A stretch of DNA of 64,000 nt from Gammaproteobacteria bacterium (lineage in GTDB: Bacteria; Pseudomonadota; Gammaproteobacteria; Ga0077536). The stretch lies in assembly GCA_041984235.1 (NCBI GenBank), contig JBHIYN010000008.1:220673-284672 (forward strand), in the 5' to 3' direction. Below the pieces are notes generated by a model. It did not search any database and was not told where the DNA came from. It saw only the letters and a list, made by a program, of their open reading frames with translations. Positions 30,302 through 39,500 of the stretch are shown here, one piece after another. The translations under genes were made by a program, and so were the position numbers. Position 1 is the stretch's first letter. The number at the start of each line of letters is the position of its first letter.

Positions 30302-30748
30302 ATGAAGCCCAAGGTCGAGCAGGAATACGTACAGATTCAGGACGTCGACTGGCAGCCGTTCCCGGAGGCTTTCTCCGAGGGCGGGATTCGCTGGAAGCTG
30401 TTACACGTGTCACCGGAGGTGGGTGCCTGGACGGCGATATTCGATTGCCCCCAGGGGTCCTCGTTCGCCGCACATATCCACATCGGCCCCGGCGAGTACC
30501 TGCTCACGCGCGGCAAGATGGAGGTACGTGGCGGTGTCGACGAGGGCGGCGCGACCGCGCTCGCGCTGGGTTACGGCTACGAGTCGTGCAATGCACGCCA
30601 CGACAAGACCTATTTCCCGCAGGACAGCGAGTTCTACATGACCTTTCTCGGGCCGCTGCAATTCATCGAACCCGACGGCAGCGCGCGCGCCGTAGTTGGC
30701 TGGGAGCAGGCGCAGGAGCTGTGGGCGGCGCAGACCGCGGGTAGCTGA
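30302..30748 (+). CDS. Dke1-like beta-diketone (acetylacetone)-cleaving cupin dioxygenase
   Basis: PFPEAFSEGGI.W.LLH, WTAIFDCPQGSSFAAHIH.GPGEY.LT.GKMEVRGG, H.KT.FP and FYMTFLGPL closely match Acinetobacter Dke1 as recalled. GGGAG RBS. Confidence 0.85.
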   Translation: MKPKVEQEYVQIQDVDWQPFPEAFSEGGIRWKLLHVSPEVGAWTAIFDCPQGSSFAAHIHIGPGEYLLTRGKMEVRGGVDEGGATALALGYGYESCNARHDKTYFPQDSEFYMTFLGPLQFIEPDGSARAVVGWEQAQELWAAQTAGS

Positions 30749-30772
30749 CCCGCGGCGTTGCGTCGGCGCAAC
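30735..30772 (+). terminator. Two adjacent hairpins at the end of the cupin gene
   Basis: ccgcgggt-N5-acccgcgg and gttgcg-N4-cgcaac; no clear U-tract. Confidence 0.3.
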
Positions 30773-30845
30773 AGGGCTGGCGCCTTTGTCGCGCCGCTGC
30801 GACCGTGGAATAATGGGCAGCCTGACCCGACCAGGTAACCGAGCC

Positions 30846-32201
30846 GTGAAACGCCTGTTCTGCACAGCGCTCTTGCTCGCCCTGTTCGGCCCGGTGGCCC
30901 ATGCCGTCGACGAGGCCGTACTGCGCGAAGCGAAATCCTTCATCGACGCGGGGCAACCGCAGCAGGCCTACGACCTGCTCAAGCCGCGCGAGGACGAGGA
31001 GGCGGGCAACGCCGCCTTCGATTACCTGCTCGGCCTCGCCGCGCTCGACCTCGGCCGACGTACGGAGGCGATCTTTGCCCTGCAGCGCGCGGTCGACGTC
31101 GATCCACAGAACGGGCCGGCGCGTGCCGAGCTGGCGCGGGCGCTGATGCAGGTCAACGAGACCGACGCGGCCCGGCGCGAGCTGGAAACGGCACAGGCAC
31201 AGCAGCCGCCGGAGGATGCGCGCGTCGTCATCGATCGCTACCTCGCCGCCATCGACCAGTACCACGGCGCTTATCGCACGTCCTTCCAGCGCTACGTCAA
31301 GGCCGGGCTCGGTTTTGACAGCAATATCAACAGCGCCACCGACAGCGGCGGGCGTATTGCGACGCCGGGCCTCGGCGGCCTGCCCTTCGTGCTGCTGCCT
31401 AGTAACGCGCGTGAGCAGTCCAGTGCGGTATGGAACGTCGGCGCCGGGTTCACCTTTACCTCGCCGCTGCAGGAAGGACTGCGGCTGGTCGGCGGCATCG
31501 ACTTCGACTATCGACTGACGCCGCAGGATGCCGACTTCAGCACCGCCTTCGCGCGTGGCCATGGCGGGCTGCAATGGACGCGCGGGCGTAACCAGTACAG
31601 CCTCATCGGGCAGGGCGAACGGTTCTTCGTCGACGGCGGCTCGCGTACTGACAGCGATCGCCAGGTCGGTGGTGCCACCCTGCAGTGGCGGCATACGCTG
31701 AACGCGCGTACGCAGTTCAGTGTTTTCGGCCAGGGCTCGATGATCCGGTTCCCGGACCAGGATGCCCGCAACGTCAACCGCTTCGTGGGCGGCGCCGCGC
31801 TGGCCCATGCACTGCCCCACCTGGACGGCGCGCCCGTCGTGTTCCTGAGCGCCTTCGGGGGCACCGAGGACAGCCAGGACAACGGCACCGGCCTGGGTGG
31901 CGGACGCCAGTACGACCGCGAGTTGTACGGCCTGCGCATTGGCGGCGAACGCCAGCTCGGTGCGCGCGGGCGCCTGTTCGGCTCGTTCACGTGGCAGGCC
32001 AGTGACTATAACGGGGCGGTGCCGCTGTTCGGCGTCGCGCGCGATGACGACTTCCTCGATTTCTCGCTCGGTTATCGCTATCGCTACGATCGCAACTGGA
32101 GCGTGACGCCGACCCTGTCATACATCAACAACGACTCCAACGTGGTCCTGAACGACTACGACCGGGTCGAGTTCATGGTGGTGATTCGCAATGATTTCTG
32201 A
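30846..32201 (+). CDS. TPR + outer-membrane beta-barrel protein (Slam/DUF560-like, type XI secretion)
   Basis: Signal peptide, TPR helices (FDYLLGLAALD...AIFALQRA...PQNGPARAELARA), GFDSNINSA, and amphipathic beta-strands ending NDSN...YDR...NDF (terminal Phe). Confidence 0.75.
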   Translation: MKRLFCTALLLALFGPVAHAVDEAVLREAKSFIDAGQPQQAYDLLKPREDEEAGNAAFDYLLGLAALDLGRRTEAIFALQRAVDVDPQNGPARAELARALMQVNETDAARRELETAQAQQPPEDARVVIDRYLAAIDQYHGAYRTSFQRYVKAGLGFDSNINSATDSGGRIATPGLGGLPFVLLPSNAREQSSAVWNVGAGFTFTSPLQEGLRLVGGIDFDYRLTPQDADFSTAFARGHGGLQWTRGRNQYSLIGQGERFFVDGGSRTDSDRQVGGATLQWRHTLNARTQFSVFGQGSMIRFPDQDARNVNRFVGGAALAHALPHLDGAPVVFLSAFGGTEDSQDNGTGLGGGRQYDRELYGLRIGGERQLGARGRLFGSFTWQASDYNGAVPLFGVARDDDFLDFSLGYRYRYDRNWSVTPTLSYINNDSNVVLNDYDRVEFMVVIRNDF

Positions 32202-33762
32202 GCGTCGTGCAGTCCCGCGATGCGGCCGGTCCTGCCTGGTCGCCTGCCTGCTGTTGTGCCTGAGCGTTCCGTGTGCGGCGGCGAGCCAGGCCGGCAAGGT
32301 GGTGTTCGCTTTCGGTGACGTCAGTGCCACGGCGGCCGACGGCAGTCGCCGTGCGCTGGCCCGCGGTGACGCCATCGCCGCCGGCGACACCGTAATCACC
32401 GGCCGCGGGCGTGCGCAAATCCGTCTTACCGACGGTGGCTTCGTTGCCCTCAACCCGGAAACCGAGTACGCACTCGAAGACTATGCTTTCGATGATGCCG
32501 CGCCGGCGTCCGGGCGCAGTTTCTTCAACCTCGTACGCGGCGGCGTGCGCATGGTGACCGGCGCGATAGCGCGCGCCAACCGTTCCAACTGGCGTATGCG
32601 CACCGCGGTCGCAACCATCGGTATTCGCGGCAGCGGCGGCTACTTTCGCTACGTGTCACCGCCGGGCTCGCCCGAGCCCTCGCTCGCCGTCAACGTCGAT
32701 TTCGGCGGCTTTACGGCGACCGACCCGTTCGGCAACCTGGTCGAGCTGGGGCCGGGCGTGAATTACCTGTGTGCACCCACCTGCGCACCGGTCGACGGCG
32801 CCGGGCCGCAAGAGGATCTGACCTTCGTCGAGATCCCGGAGGAAGAGCGCTTCCTGTCCGGCGAGCGCCTGTTCGCCGACGACAACATCATCGAGCTCGA
32901 CAACAGCCCGATCCTGCCGGGCGAGGCCCCGGATGGCACCCACATCAGCGTTGCCTGGTCGATTACCGAGCCGTTCTTCTCGCCACCGCCGACACTCATC
33001 CTGAACAGCTTCGCGGACGGCGCGACCACCGATGGCGTCGACAATCTCGCCGAGTTCGGCTCGCTGCTGATGTTCGAATGGTTCACCGGCTTCCCGTGCG
33101 AGCCCTGCGTATTCCTGGCCAACGATGCGGAGCACATCGTGGATGCCGCGCCGGACGGCTCGACCTTCAATACTGAACTGCAGGCCGAATGGGGGCGCGT
33201 CACGGGCGGCTACACGGTCAGCGACCTCGGCACTCACACCCCGGTCGGCCAGTTCCACTGGGTCGCCAGCACCGACCCGACGCCGGATGCCGAGCTGCCC
33301 ACCAGTGGCCTGCTGATTTACGACAACGACGTCGGCGGCACCCTGGCGACCCACACCTACGGCACCGCCGGCAAGACTGAAGTCGCGACCGCGCGCAGCC
33401 AGGTGCGCATCGCGATCGATTACGGCAACGGCGGCGCGGTCGACGACTTCCGCATCACCGGTGGCTTCCCCAGCGGCACTACCTACGTGCTGCAGAGCGC
33501 CGACCCCAGCGGTGCGACCATCCAGGACGGCTTTATCTCCTTCGACGGCGCGCTGTCCTCGATCACGGTTCCGGTCGGGTCCGCGCCGGCGCTGGAGACC
33601 AGCTCCACGATGTGCTCGGGCGGCTGCACCTTCTTCGGCACGTCCGTGTTCGGTGCCGCGGGTGCCGATGCCATCGGCATCACCGGCAGCTTCCAGGGCA
33701 ACACCTCGCAGCCGTCCTACCCGGCGCATTCGGTCACGGGTACCTTCGTACTCGAGCGCTGA
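32191..33762 (+). CDS. Secreted FecR-domain protein with a C-terminal beta-rich (TbpB-barrel-like) domain
   Basis: Signal peptide, AGKVVFAFGDV, AQIRLTDGG and TAVATIGIRGS (FecR-like). Distal HWV...TP...LP...Y and a terminal VTGTFVLER strand. Confidence 0.65.
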   Translation: MISERRAVPRCGRSCLVACLLLCLSVPCAAASQAGKVVFAFGDVSATAADGSRRALARGDAIAAGDTVITGRGRAQIRLTDGGFVALNPETEYALEDYAFDDAAPASGRSFFNLVRGGVRMVTGAIARANRSNWRMRTAVATIGIRGSGGYFRYVSPPGSPEPSLAVNVDFGGFTATDPFGNLVELGPGVNYLCAPTCAPVDGAGPQEDLTFVEIPEEERFLSGERLFADDNIIELDNSPILPGEAPDGTHISVAWSITEPFFSPPPTLILNSFADGATTDGVDNLAEFGSLLMFEWFTGFPCEPCVFLANDAEHIVDAAPDGSTFNTELQAEWGRVTGGYTVSDLGTHTPVGQFHWVASTDPTPDAELPTSGLLIYDNDVGGTLATHTYGTAGKTEVATARSQVRIAIDYGNGGAVDDFRITGGFPSGTTYVLQSADPSGATIQDGFISFDGALSSITVPVGSAPALETSSTMCSGGCTFFGTSVFGAAGADAIGITGSFQGNTSQPSYPAHSVTGTFVLER

Positions 33763-33862
33763 TCGGCGGGGTAGCGGTTACCGACAGCGCGCGCTCGTTC
33801 CCGTCACGGGCGCTGCCGCAGCCCGGGCATCGGGCGATCAGTTATCATGGCGGGGCACTGAC

Positions 33863-33949
<87 letters not shown>

Positions 33950-34002
33950 AAAGAGGTGCGCAATCTACCCATTCCACCTGAGCGAGTCAATGCGTCGAAG
34001 CG

Positions 34003-36246
34003 ATGCACAAACCCGGCGTGCCGCGCCGAAGAGTCAGTCCCGTGGCGAGTAGTAAACGGCGGCAGCGCCGCTCGCCCGACCCGGACTTCGAACACGTAGC
34101 CGACCTGCCGTCGCGGGCCGACATCCGCGAGGCCCTGGCCGGGATCGGCGAGCCCTGCGCGCTGGCGGACCTGGGCGCGAAGCTCGGGGTCAAACGCCGG
34201 GCGGCTCGCGCAGCGCTCGAGCGCCGGGTGCAGGCGATGTTGCGCGACGGTCAGCTCATCCAGACACGCAGCGGTCGCTTCGGCCTGTCCGAGGAAATGG
34301 ATCTGCTCGCCGGCCACGTGCTGGCGCATCGCGACGGCTTCGCTTTCGTGCGGCCGGAAAAGGGCGGTGAGGATGTCTACCTTGCGCCGCGCGAAGCGCG
34401 CCGTACGCTGCACGGTGACAAGGTGCTGGTGCGTGTCGCCGGTCTCGACCGGCGCGGGCGACCCTATGGCAACCTGGTGGAGGTGCTCGAACGCGCCAAC
34501 GAGCAGGTCGTCGGCCGCTATTTTCGCGAGCACGGCATCGGCGTCGTGGTACCCGACAACCGCCGGCTCAACCAGGACATCCTGATCCCCGAGGGCGCCG
34601 AGGCCGGCGCGGCGGATGGTCAGATCGTGGTTGCCACCATCGACCGGCAGCCCGATCGCCGCTCGCAGCCGATCGGTCGGGTGGTGGAGATCCTCGGCGA
34701 GCACATGGCGCCGGGCATGGAGATCGAAGTCGCGATACGCAGCCACGGCCTGCCGGCGGACTGGCCCGAGGAAGCGCTGGCGGAGGCCGGCCGCGTACCC
34801 GATGCACCGCGCAAGGCGGACCTGCGCGGGCGCGAGGACCTGCGCGAGCTGCCGCTGGTCACCATTGACGGCGCCGACGCGCGTGATTTCGACGATGCCG
34901 TGTATGCACGCCGCACGGCGCGCGGGTTCATGCTCTACGTCGCGATTGCCGACGTGGCCCACTACGTGCGGCCCGGGTCGGCGCTGGACGGCGAGGCAGT
35001 ACATCGCGGAACGTCGGTTTATTTCCCGGATCGGGTCATCCCGATGCTGCCCGAGAAGCTGTCCAACGGCATCTGTTCGCTGGTGCCACGCAGCGATCGG
35101 CTGGCGATGGTGTGCGAGATGAACATCAGCGCCAGCGGCGAAGTGCGGCGCGCACGCTTCTACGATGCGGTCATCCGCTCGCACGCGCGCCTCATCTACG
35201 AGGACGTGCAGGCCTGGGTCGACGGACAGATTGACGCCCCGCGCGGGGTCGACGGCAGCGTCGGCGAGAGCCTGCACACGCTCTACGATCTCTACCACGC
35301 GCTGCGTGCCGCGCGCGAGACGCGCGGTGCGCTGGACATCGACACGGTAGAGCCCCTGTTTCTCTACGATCAGCACGGCAAGATCGAGCGCGTGGAATCA
35401 CGTCGCCGGGTCGACGCCCATCGGCTGATCGAGGAATGCATGATCGCGGCCAACGTCGCTGCCGCCCGCTTCCTGCTGCGGCACAAGCAGCCGGCCCTGT
35501 ATCGGATCCACGAGACACCGGACGAGGAGCGGGTCGAGGAGCTCGGCCAGTTTCTGCGCGAGCTGGGGCTGGAGTTCTCGGCCCGGGGGCAGGCGGACAA
35601 CGGGGATTTCGCGCGCGTGCTGGCGGCGGCGCGCGGTCGCCCCGATCAGCGTCTGATCGAAACCGTGGTGCTGCGCAGCCTCAAGCTCGCGGTCTACAGC
35701 GAGACCAACTCCGGGCACTTCGGTCTGGGGCTGGCGGCCTATACCCACTTCACCTCGCCGATCCGCCGTTATCCGGACCTGGTCGTCCATCGCGCGCTGA
35801 AGGCGGCCATCGCCCGGCAGGACGAGCCGTCGGAAGAAGCTGAGCAGGCCATGGCCGAGATTGCCGCGCGCTGCTCGATGTGCGAACGTCGCGCCGACGA
35901 CGCCACGCGTGAAGCGGTCGCCTGGCTCAAGTGCGAGTTCATGCTCGACAAGGTCGGCGATCGTTTCCCCGGCATCATCGCGGGCGTCGCCGAGTTCGGC
36001 ATCTTCGTCGAGCTCGACGACATCTTCGTCGAAGGGCTGGTCCATGTCAGCGAGCTACCCGGTGACTATTACCAGTACGACGCCAGGCGTCACGTCCTGC
36101 AGGGACGTGCCCAGGGCCGCGAATTCCACATCGGGCAGGCGGTCGAGATCACCGTAGCGCGGGTCGACCTGGACGAACGCAAGATCGATTTCACCCTGGT
36201 CGACGCGCCGGCCCGGGGCCGACGCGGACGCCGGCGACGCCGCTGA
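34003..36246 (+). CDS. rnr: Ribonuclease R
   Basis: HRDGFAF, VTIDGADARDFDDA, HRLIEECMIAAN, YTHFTSPIRRYPDL, an S1 domain and a basic tail. Confidence 0.97.
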   Translation: MHKPGVPRRRVSPVASSKRRQRRSPDPDFEHVADLPSRADIREALAGIGEPCALADLGAKLGVKRRAARAALERRVQAMLRDGQLIQTRSGRFGLSEEMDLLAGHVLAHRDGFAFVRPEKGGEDVYLAPREARRTLHGDKVLVRVAGLDRRGRPYGNLVEVLERANEQVVGRYFREHGIGVVVPDNRRLNQDILIPEGAEAGAADGQIVVATIDRQPDRRSQPIGRVVEILGEHMAPGMEIEVAIRSHGLPADWPEEALAEAGRVPDAPRKADLRGREDLRELPLVTIDGADARDFDDAVYARRTARGFMLYVAIADVAHYVRPGSALDGEAVHRGTSVYFPDRVIPMLPEKLSNGICSLVPRSDRLAMVCEMNISASGEVRRARFYDAVIRSHARLIYEDVQAWVDGQIDAPRGVDGSVGESLHTLYDLYHALRAARETRGALDIDTVEPLFLYDQHGKIERVESRRRVDAHRLIEECMIAANVAAARFLLRHKQPALYRIHETPDEERVEELGQFLRELGLEFSARGQADNGDFARVLAAARGRPDQRLIETVVLRSLKLAVYSETNSGHFGLGLAAYTHFTSPIRRYPDLVVHRALKAAIARQDEPSEEAEQAMAEIAARCSMCERRADDATREAVAWLKCEFMLDKVGDRFPGIIAGVAEFGIFVELDDIFVEGLVHVSELPGDYYQYDARRHVLQGRAQGREFHIGQAVEITVARVDLDERKIDFTLVDAPARGRRGRRRRR

Positions 36247-37007
36247 TGGCCGCCGACGGTTTGGTCGTCGGCGGCTGGCACGCCGTGTCCAGCGCGCTCG
36301 AACACGCTCCGGGTGATTGCCTGGAGCTGTGGCTGCGCGCCGGCCTCGACAGTGCCGAGGCGCAGGCCGTGCAGCGCCGCGCGGCGCCACTGGGACTCGC
36401 GGTGCGCGCCGCCGAAGGCAGCACGCTCGAACGGATATACGGCGACAGCCATCACCAGGGCGTCGTGCTGCGGCGCCGGGCGCCGGCGCCGCAGACCCTG
36501 GATGACGTGCTGGCACGTGCCGGGACCGCCGCCCGCCCGCCGTTGCTGCTGGTGCTGGACAGCGTGCAGGACCCGCGCAATTTCGGCGCCTGCCTGCGCG
36601 TGGCCGACGGGGCGGGTGCGGACGGCGTGATCTTCGCGCGCGACAAGAGTGCCCGGCTCGGCAACGTGGTCGCCAAGGCCGCCAGCGGTGCCATCGACAC
36701 CGTCGCCCTGGTCGCCGTGGCCAACCTGGCGCGGGCACTAAAGGCGCTGCAGGCGGCCGGCGTATGGATCACCGGTACCGCGGCAGACGCGGACGAGTCG
36801 CTCTACGCGGTCGATTTCCGTGCCGCGAGTGCCCTCGTGCTCGGCAACGAAGGCAGCGGCCTGCGGCGCCTGACGGCCGCTCGCTGTGATCGCCTGGTCA
36901 GCATTCCCATGGCGGGGCAGCTGGCCAGCCTCAACGTCGCGAGCGCGGCCGCGGTGTGCCTGTTCGAGGCCCGGCGGCAGCGCCTCGCCGGTGCCGCGGG
37001 TACCTGA
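36246..37007 (+). CDS. rlmB: 23S rRNA Gm2251 methyltransferase
   Basis: [31 protein letters not shown] and IPMAG..ASLNV; follows rnr. Confidence 0.95.
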   Translation: MAADGLVVGGWHAVSSALEHAPGDCLELWLRAGLDSAEAQAVQRRAAPLGLAVRAAEGSTLERIYGDSHHQGVVLRRRAPAPQTLDDVLARAGTAARPPLLLVLDSVQDPRNFGACLRVADGAGADGVIFARDKSARLGNVVAKAASGAIDTVALVAVANLARALKALQAAGVWITGTAADADESLYAVDFRAASALVLGNEGSGLRRLTAARCDRLVSIPMAGQLASLNVASAAAVCLFEARRQRLAGAAGT

Positions 37008-37018
37008 GCCGGGGTATT

Positions 37019-37047
37019 TTGCTTCGCGGCAGGGCTTTCCTTACAAT
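37019..37047 (+). promoter_or_regulatory. rpsF promoter
   Basis: TTGCTT-N17-TACAAT followed by a GC-rich discriminator. Confidence 0.65.
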
Positions 37048-37075
37048 ACGCGGCCCGCCGCAAGCGGCGACATAA

Positions 37076-37122
37076 CTCCTTGCCTCACCGCACAGTGCGG
37101 GAGGCTGTCAATCCACGAGGAG
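37076..37122 (+). ncRNA. S6:S18 ribosomal-protein leader (cis-regulatory RNA)
   Basis: ctcctt/gaggag basal stem sequestering the RBS, with gcctc/gaggc and ccgcac/gtgcgg upper stems, directly before rpsF. Confidence 0.65.
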
Positions 37123-37128
37123 CTCATT

Positions 37129-37626
37129 TTGCGACACTATGAAATCGTGTTTCTGGTCCACCCTGACCAGAGCGAGCAGGTCGGCGCGATGATCGAGCGC
37201 TACCGCTCGATGATCGAGGGCGCCGGCGGCCAGATCCACCGGCTCGAGGACTGGGGCCGGCGCCAGCTCGCCTATCCCATCCACAAGGTGCACAAGGCCC
37301 ACTACGTGCTCATGAACGTGGAGTGCGGGGCCGAAGCGCTGGAAGAACTGACCAGTGCCTTCCGCTTCAACGACGCGGTGCTGCGCAACCTGGTCGTCAA
37401 GCGCGACCACGCCATCGTCGAACCGTCCCCCATCGCCCAGGCGAAGGAGGACCAGTCCGATCGCGACGACGACCGCAAGGGCCGCTCGCGCGACAACCGT
37501 GACCGTGACCGTGATTCGTCCGCCCGCGGCGGCGATGGGCGCGCGGACGCGCGCGCAGACAGTGAGCCGGCGAAGGACGACGCGTCGTCGCGCCAGGCCG
37601 AGCAGACCGAAGGCGAGAGCGCCTGA
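37129..37626 (+). CDS. rpsF: 30S ribosomal protein S6 with long charged C-terminal extension
   Basis: [17 protein letters not shown] and [13 protein letters not shown]; TTG start after GAGGAG. Confidence 0.97.
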   Translation: MRHYEIVFLVHPDQSEQVGAMIERYRSMIEGAGGQIHRLEDWGRRQLAYPIHKVHKAHYVLMNVECGAEALEELTSAFRFNDAVLRNLVVKRDHAIVEPSPIAQAKEDQSDRDDDRKGRSRDNRDRDRDSSARGGDGRADARADSEPAKDDASSRQAEQTEGESA

Positions 37627-37645
37627 GCAGCGGGAGTAAGCACAC

Positions 37646-37870
37646 ATGGCAAAATTCTACAGGCGGCGACGCTACTGCAAGTTCACGGCCGAGGGCGTCG
37701 AGGAGATCGATTACAAGGACCTCGCCACGCTCAAGGCCTACGTGACCGAGAACGGCAAGATTGTGCCCAGCCGTATTTCCGGCACCAAGGTGCGCTACCA
37801 GCGTCAGCTCTCGACCGCGGTCAAACGCGCCCGATACCTGGCCCTGATTCCCTACTGCGACGCGCACTGA
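37646..37870 (+). CDS. rpsR: 30S ribosomal protein S18
   Basis: [18 protein letters not shown] and [14 protein letters not shown]. Confidence 0.97.
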   Translation: MAKFYRRRRYCKFTAEGVEEIDYKDLATLKAYVTENGKIVPSRISGTKVRYQRQLSTAVKRARYLALIPYCDAH

Positions 37871-37882
37871 CCAGCGGCGGCA

Positions 37883-37918
37883 GCGCCCGATACACGCCGC
37901 GCGGCGTGTGCCGGGCGC
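37883..37918. other. Long inverted repeat/hairpin between rpsR and the DUF2232 gene
   Basis: gcgcccg-at-acacgccgc|gcggcgtgt-gc-cgggcgc, with an 18-bp perfect palindromic core at 37892-37909. Confidence 0.7.
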
Positions 37919-37986
37919 CAGCCGGGGTCGAGCGCAAGGGTGCGCCGGGCGCGCCGCGGCGGCCCATCCGGCAGGATTGCTGAATC

Positions 37987-38901
37987 ATGCGTTTCATCGC
38001 ACGCCTGGCGATGCGCGGGCCTTACCATGCCGCCGGCGTGGCGGCCGTGGCGTTGCTGGGCTCAGGCGCGATCGGCCTGCTGATCATCATCGCGGGTGCG
38101 GTCGTTGCGCTCGCGACCCTGCGCCACGGCAGCCGCGAAGGGTTGCGCGTGATGTTGCTGGCGGGCGTGGTCGCGACTGCCGCACGCCTGCTGACCGGCA
38201 ACGATGCGTTGCCGGTGCTGGTGCTCGGACTGGTGGTGTGGCTGCCTTCGTGGCTGCTGGCTGCCAACCTGCGCCGCTCGCGCCGGCAGGCGCTGCCGTT
38301 GACCATGATCGGGGTACTGGTGGTGTGTTACGCCGCGGCCATCCGCGCTGCGGTCGGCGATGTCACGGCGTTCTGGGTGTCGCACCTCACGCCGCTGTTC
38401 GAGCTGCTCGCCCGGCAGGGCGGGGCGCGACTGAGCGAAGCCCAGATCGGCCTGGTGGCCGCGCAGATCCACATCTGGTCGCTGGTCGCGATCTTCGCAA
38501 TCCTGGCTTCGATGCTGTTGCTCGCACGCTGGTGGCAGGCAGCCTTGTTCAACCCGGGCGGCTTTGGCTCCGAGTTTCGCGAACTGCGCCTGCCGCCGGC
38601 GGCGCTTGTGGTTGCCGCACTGGCCGCGGTGCTGCTGGTCGCCGACCGCGCCGCCGGTCTCGGGTTGGCTCTGGCCGGTGACGTGTTCGTGGTCGTAGTG
38701 GTATTGTTCGCGTTCCAGGGGCTGGCGCTCATCCACCACCGCGCACGCCGCGTGTCCCTGTCCGGCGGCTGGCTGGCCGGCCTGTACGTGATGTTGCTGT
38801 TGTTGCCACAGGTCGTGGGGCCGCTGCTGGCGACCGTCGGCGTGGCCGACGGTATGGCCGATTTCCGGCGTCTAGGCGCGCGCAGCGGCGCAGACGAATA
38901 G
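37987..38901 (+). CDS. DUF2232/YybS-like membrane protein
   Basis: Polytopic, with LARWWQAALFNPGGFGSEF..LRL; conserved position between rpsR and rplI. Confidence 0.8.
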   Translation: MRFIARLAMRGPYHAAGVAAVALLGSGAIGLLIIIAGAVVALATLRHGSREGLRVMLLAGVVATAARLLTGNDALPVLVLGLVVWLPSWLLAANLRRSRRQALPLTMIGVLVVCYAAAIRAAVGDVTAFWVSHLTPLFELLARQGGARLSEAQIGLVAAQIHIWSLVAIFAILASMLLLARWWQAALFNPGGFGSEFRELRLPPAALVVAALAAVLLVADRAAGLGLALAGDVFVVVVVLFAFQGLALIHHRARRVSLSGGWLAGLYVMLLLLPQVVGPLLATVGVADGMADFRRLGARSGADE

Positions 38902-38979
38902 GGGACGGGTAGGGGTCCTGTGGGCGTGACGGCGTGATCGTGGTCACCCGGCGCCCGCCAATTTGAGAGGAAACAGAGA

Positions 38980-39444
38980 ATGGAAGTAATCCTGCTTGAG
39001 AAGATTCATCGTCTCGGCGAGCTCGGCGACAAGGTCCGGGTGCGTTCGGGCTACGGCCGCAACTACCTGATACCGCAGCACAAGGCGGTGCCGGCGACAC
39101 CCGAGAACGTCGAGAAGTTCGAGCAGCAGCGGGCCGAGCTCGAAGCGGCCCAGGCCGAGGCCCTGGGCGCCGCGCAGAAGCGCGCCGAGGCGATGGTCGA
39201 CCTCGAAGTGTCGATCGCCGCGCGCGCCGGCACCGAGGGCAAGCTGTTCGGCTCGGTCGGTACCAGCGACATCGCGGATGCCGTCACCAGTGCCGGCGTC
39301 GAGCTCGAGAAACGCGAAGTCCGCCTGCCGAACGGGCCGTTGCGCGAGGTCGGCGAGTACGACATCGAGATCCACCTGCATGCCGATCTCGACACCACGA
39401 TCAAGGTCATCGTGCGTCCCGAAGACACCCTGCCGGCGGCCTGA
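38980..39444 (+). CDS. rplI: 50S ribosomal protein L9
   Basis: [16 protein letters not shown] and GKLFGSV. Confidence 0.97.
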   Translation: MEVILLEKIHRLGELGDKVRVRSGYGRNYLIPQHKAVPATPENVEKFEQQRAELEAAQAEALGAAQKRAEAMVDLEVSIAARAGTEGKLFGSVGTSDIADAVTSAGVELEKREVRLPNGPLREVGEYDIEIHLHADLDTTIKVIVRPEDTLPAA

Positions 39445-39500
39445 GGGCGGCCACCCGGCATGGTCAACGGGCACCCGCCAGCGGTGATGGTCGGGCCGGC

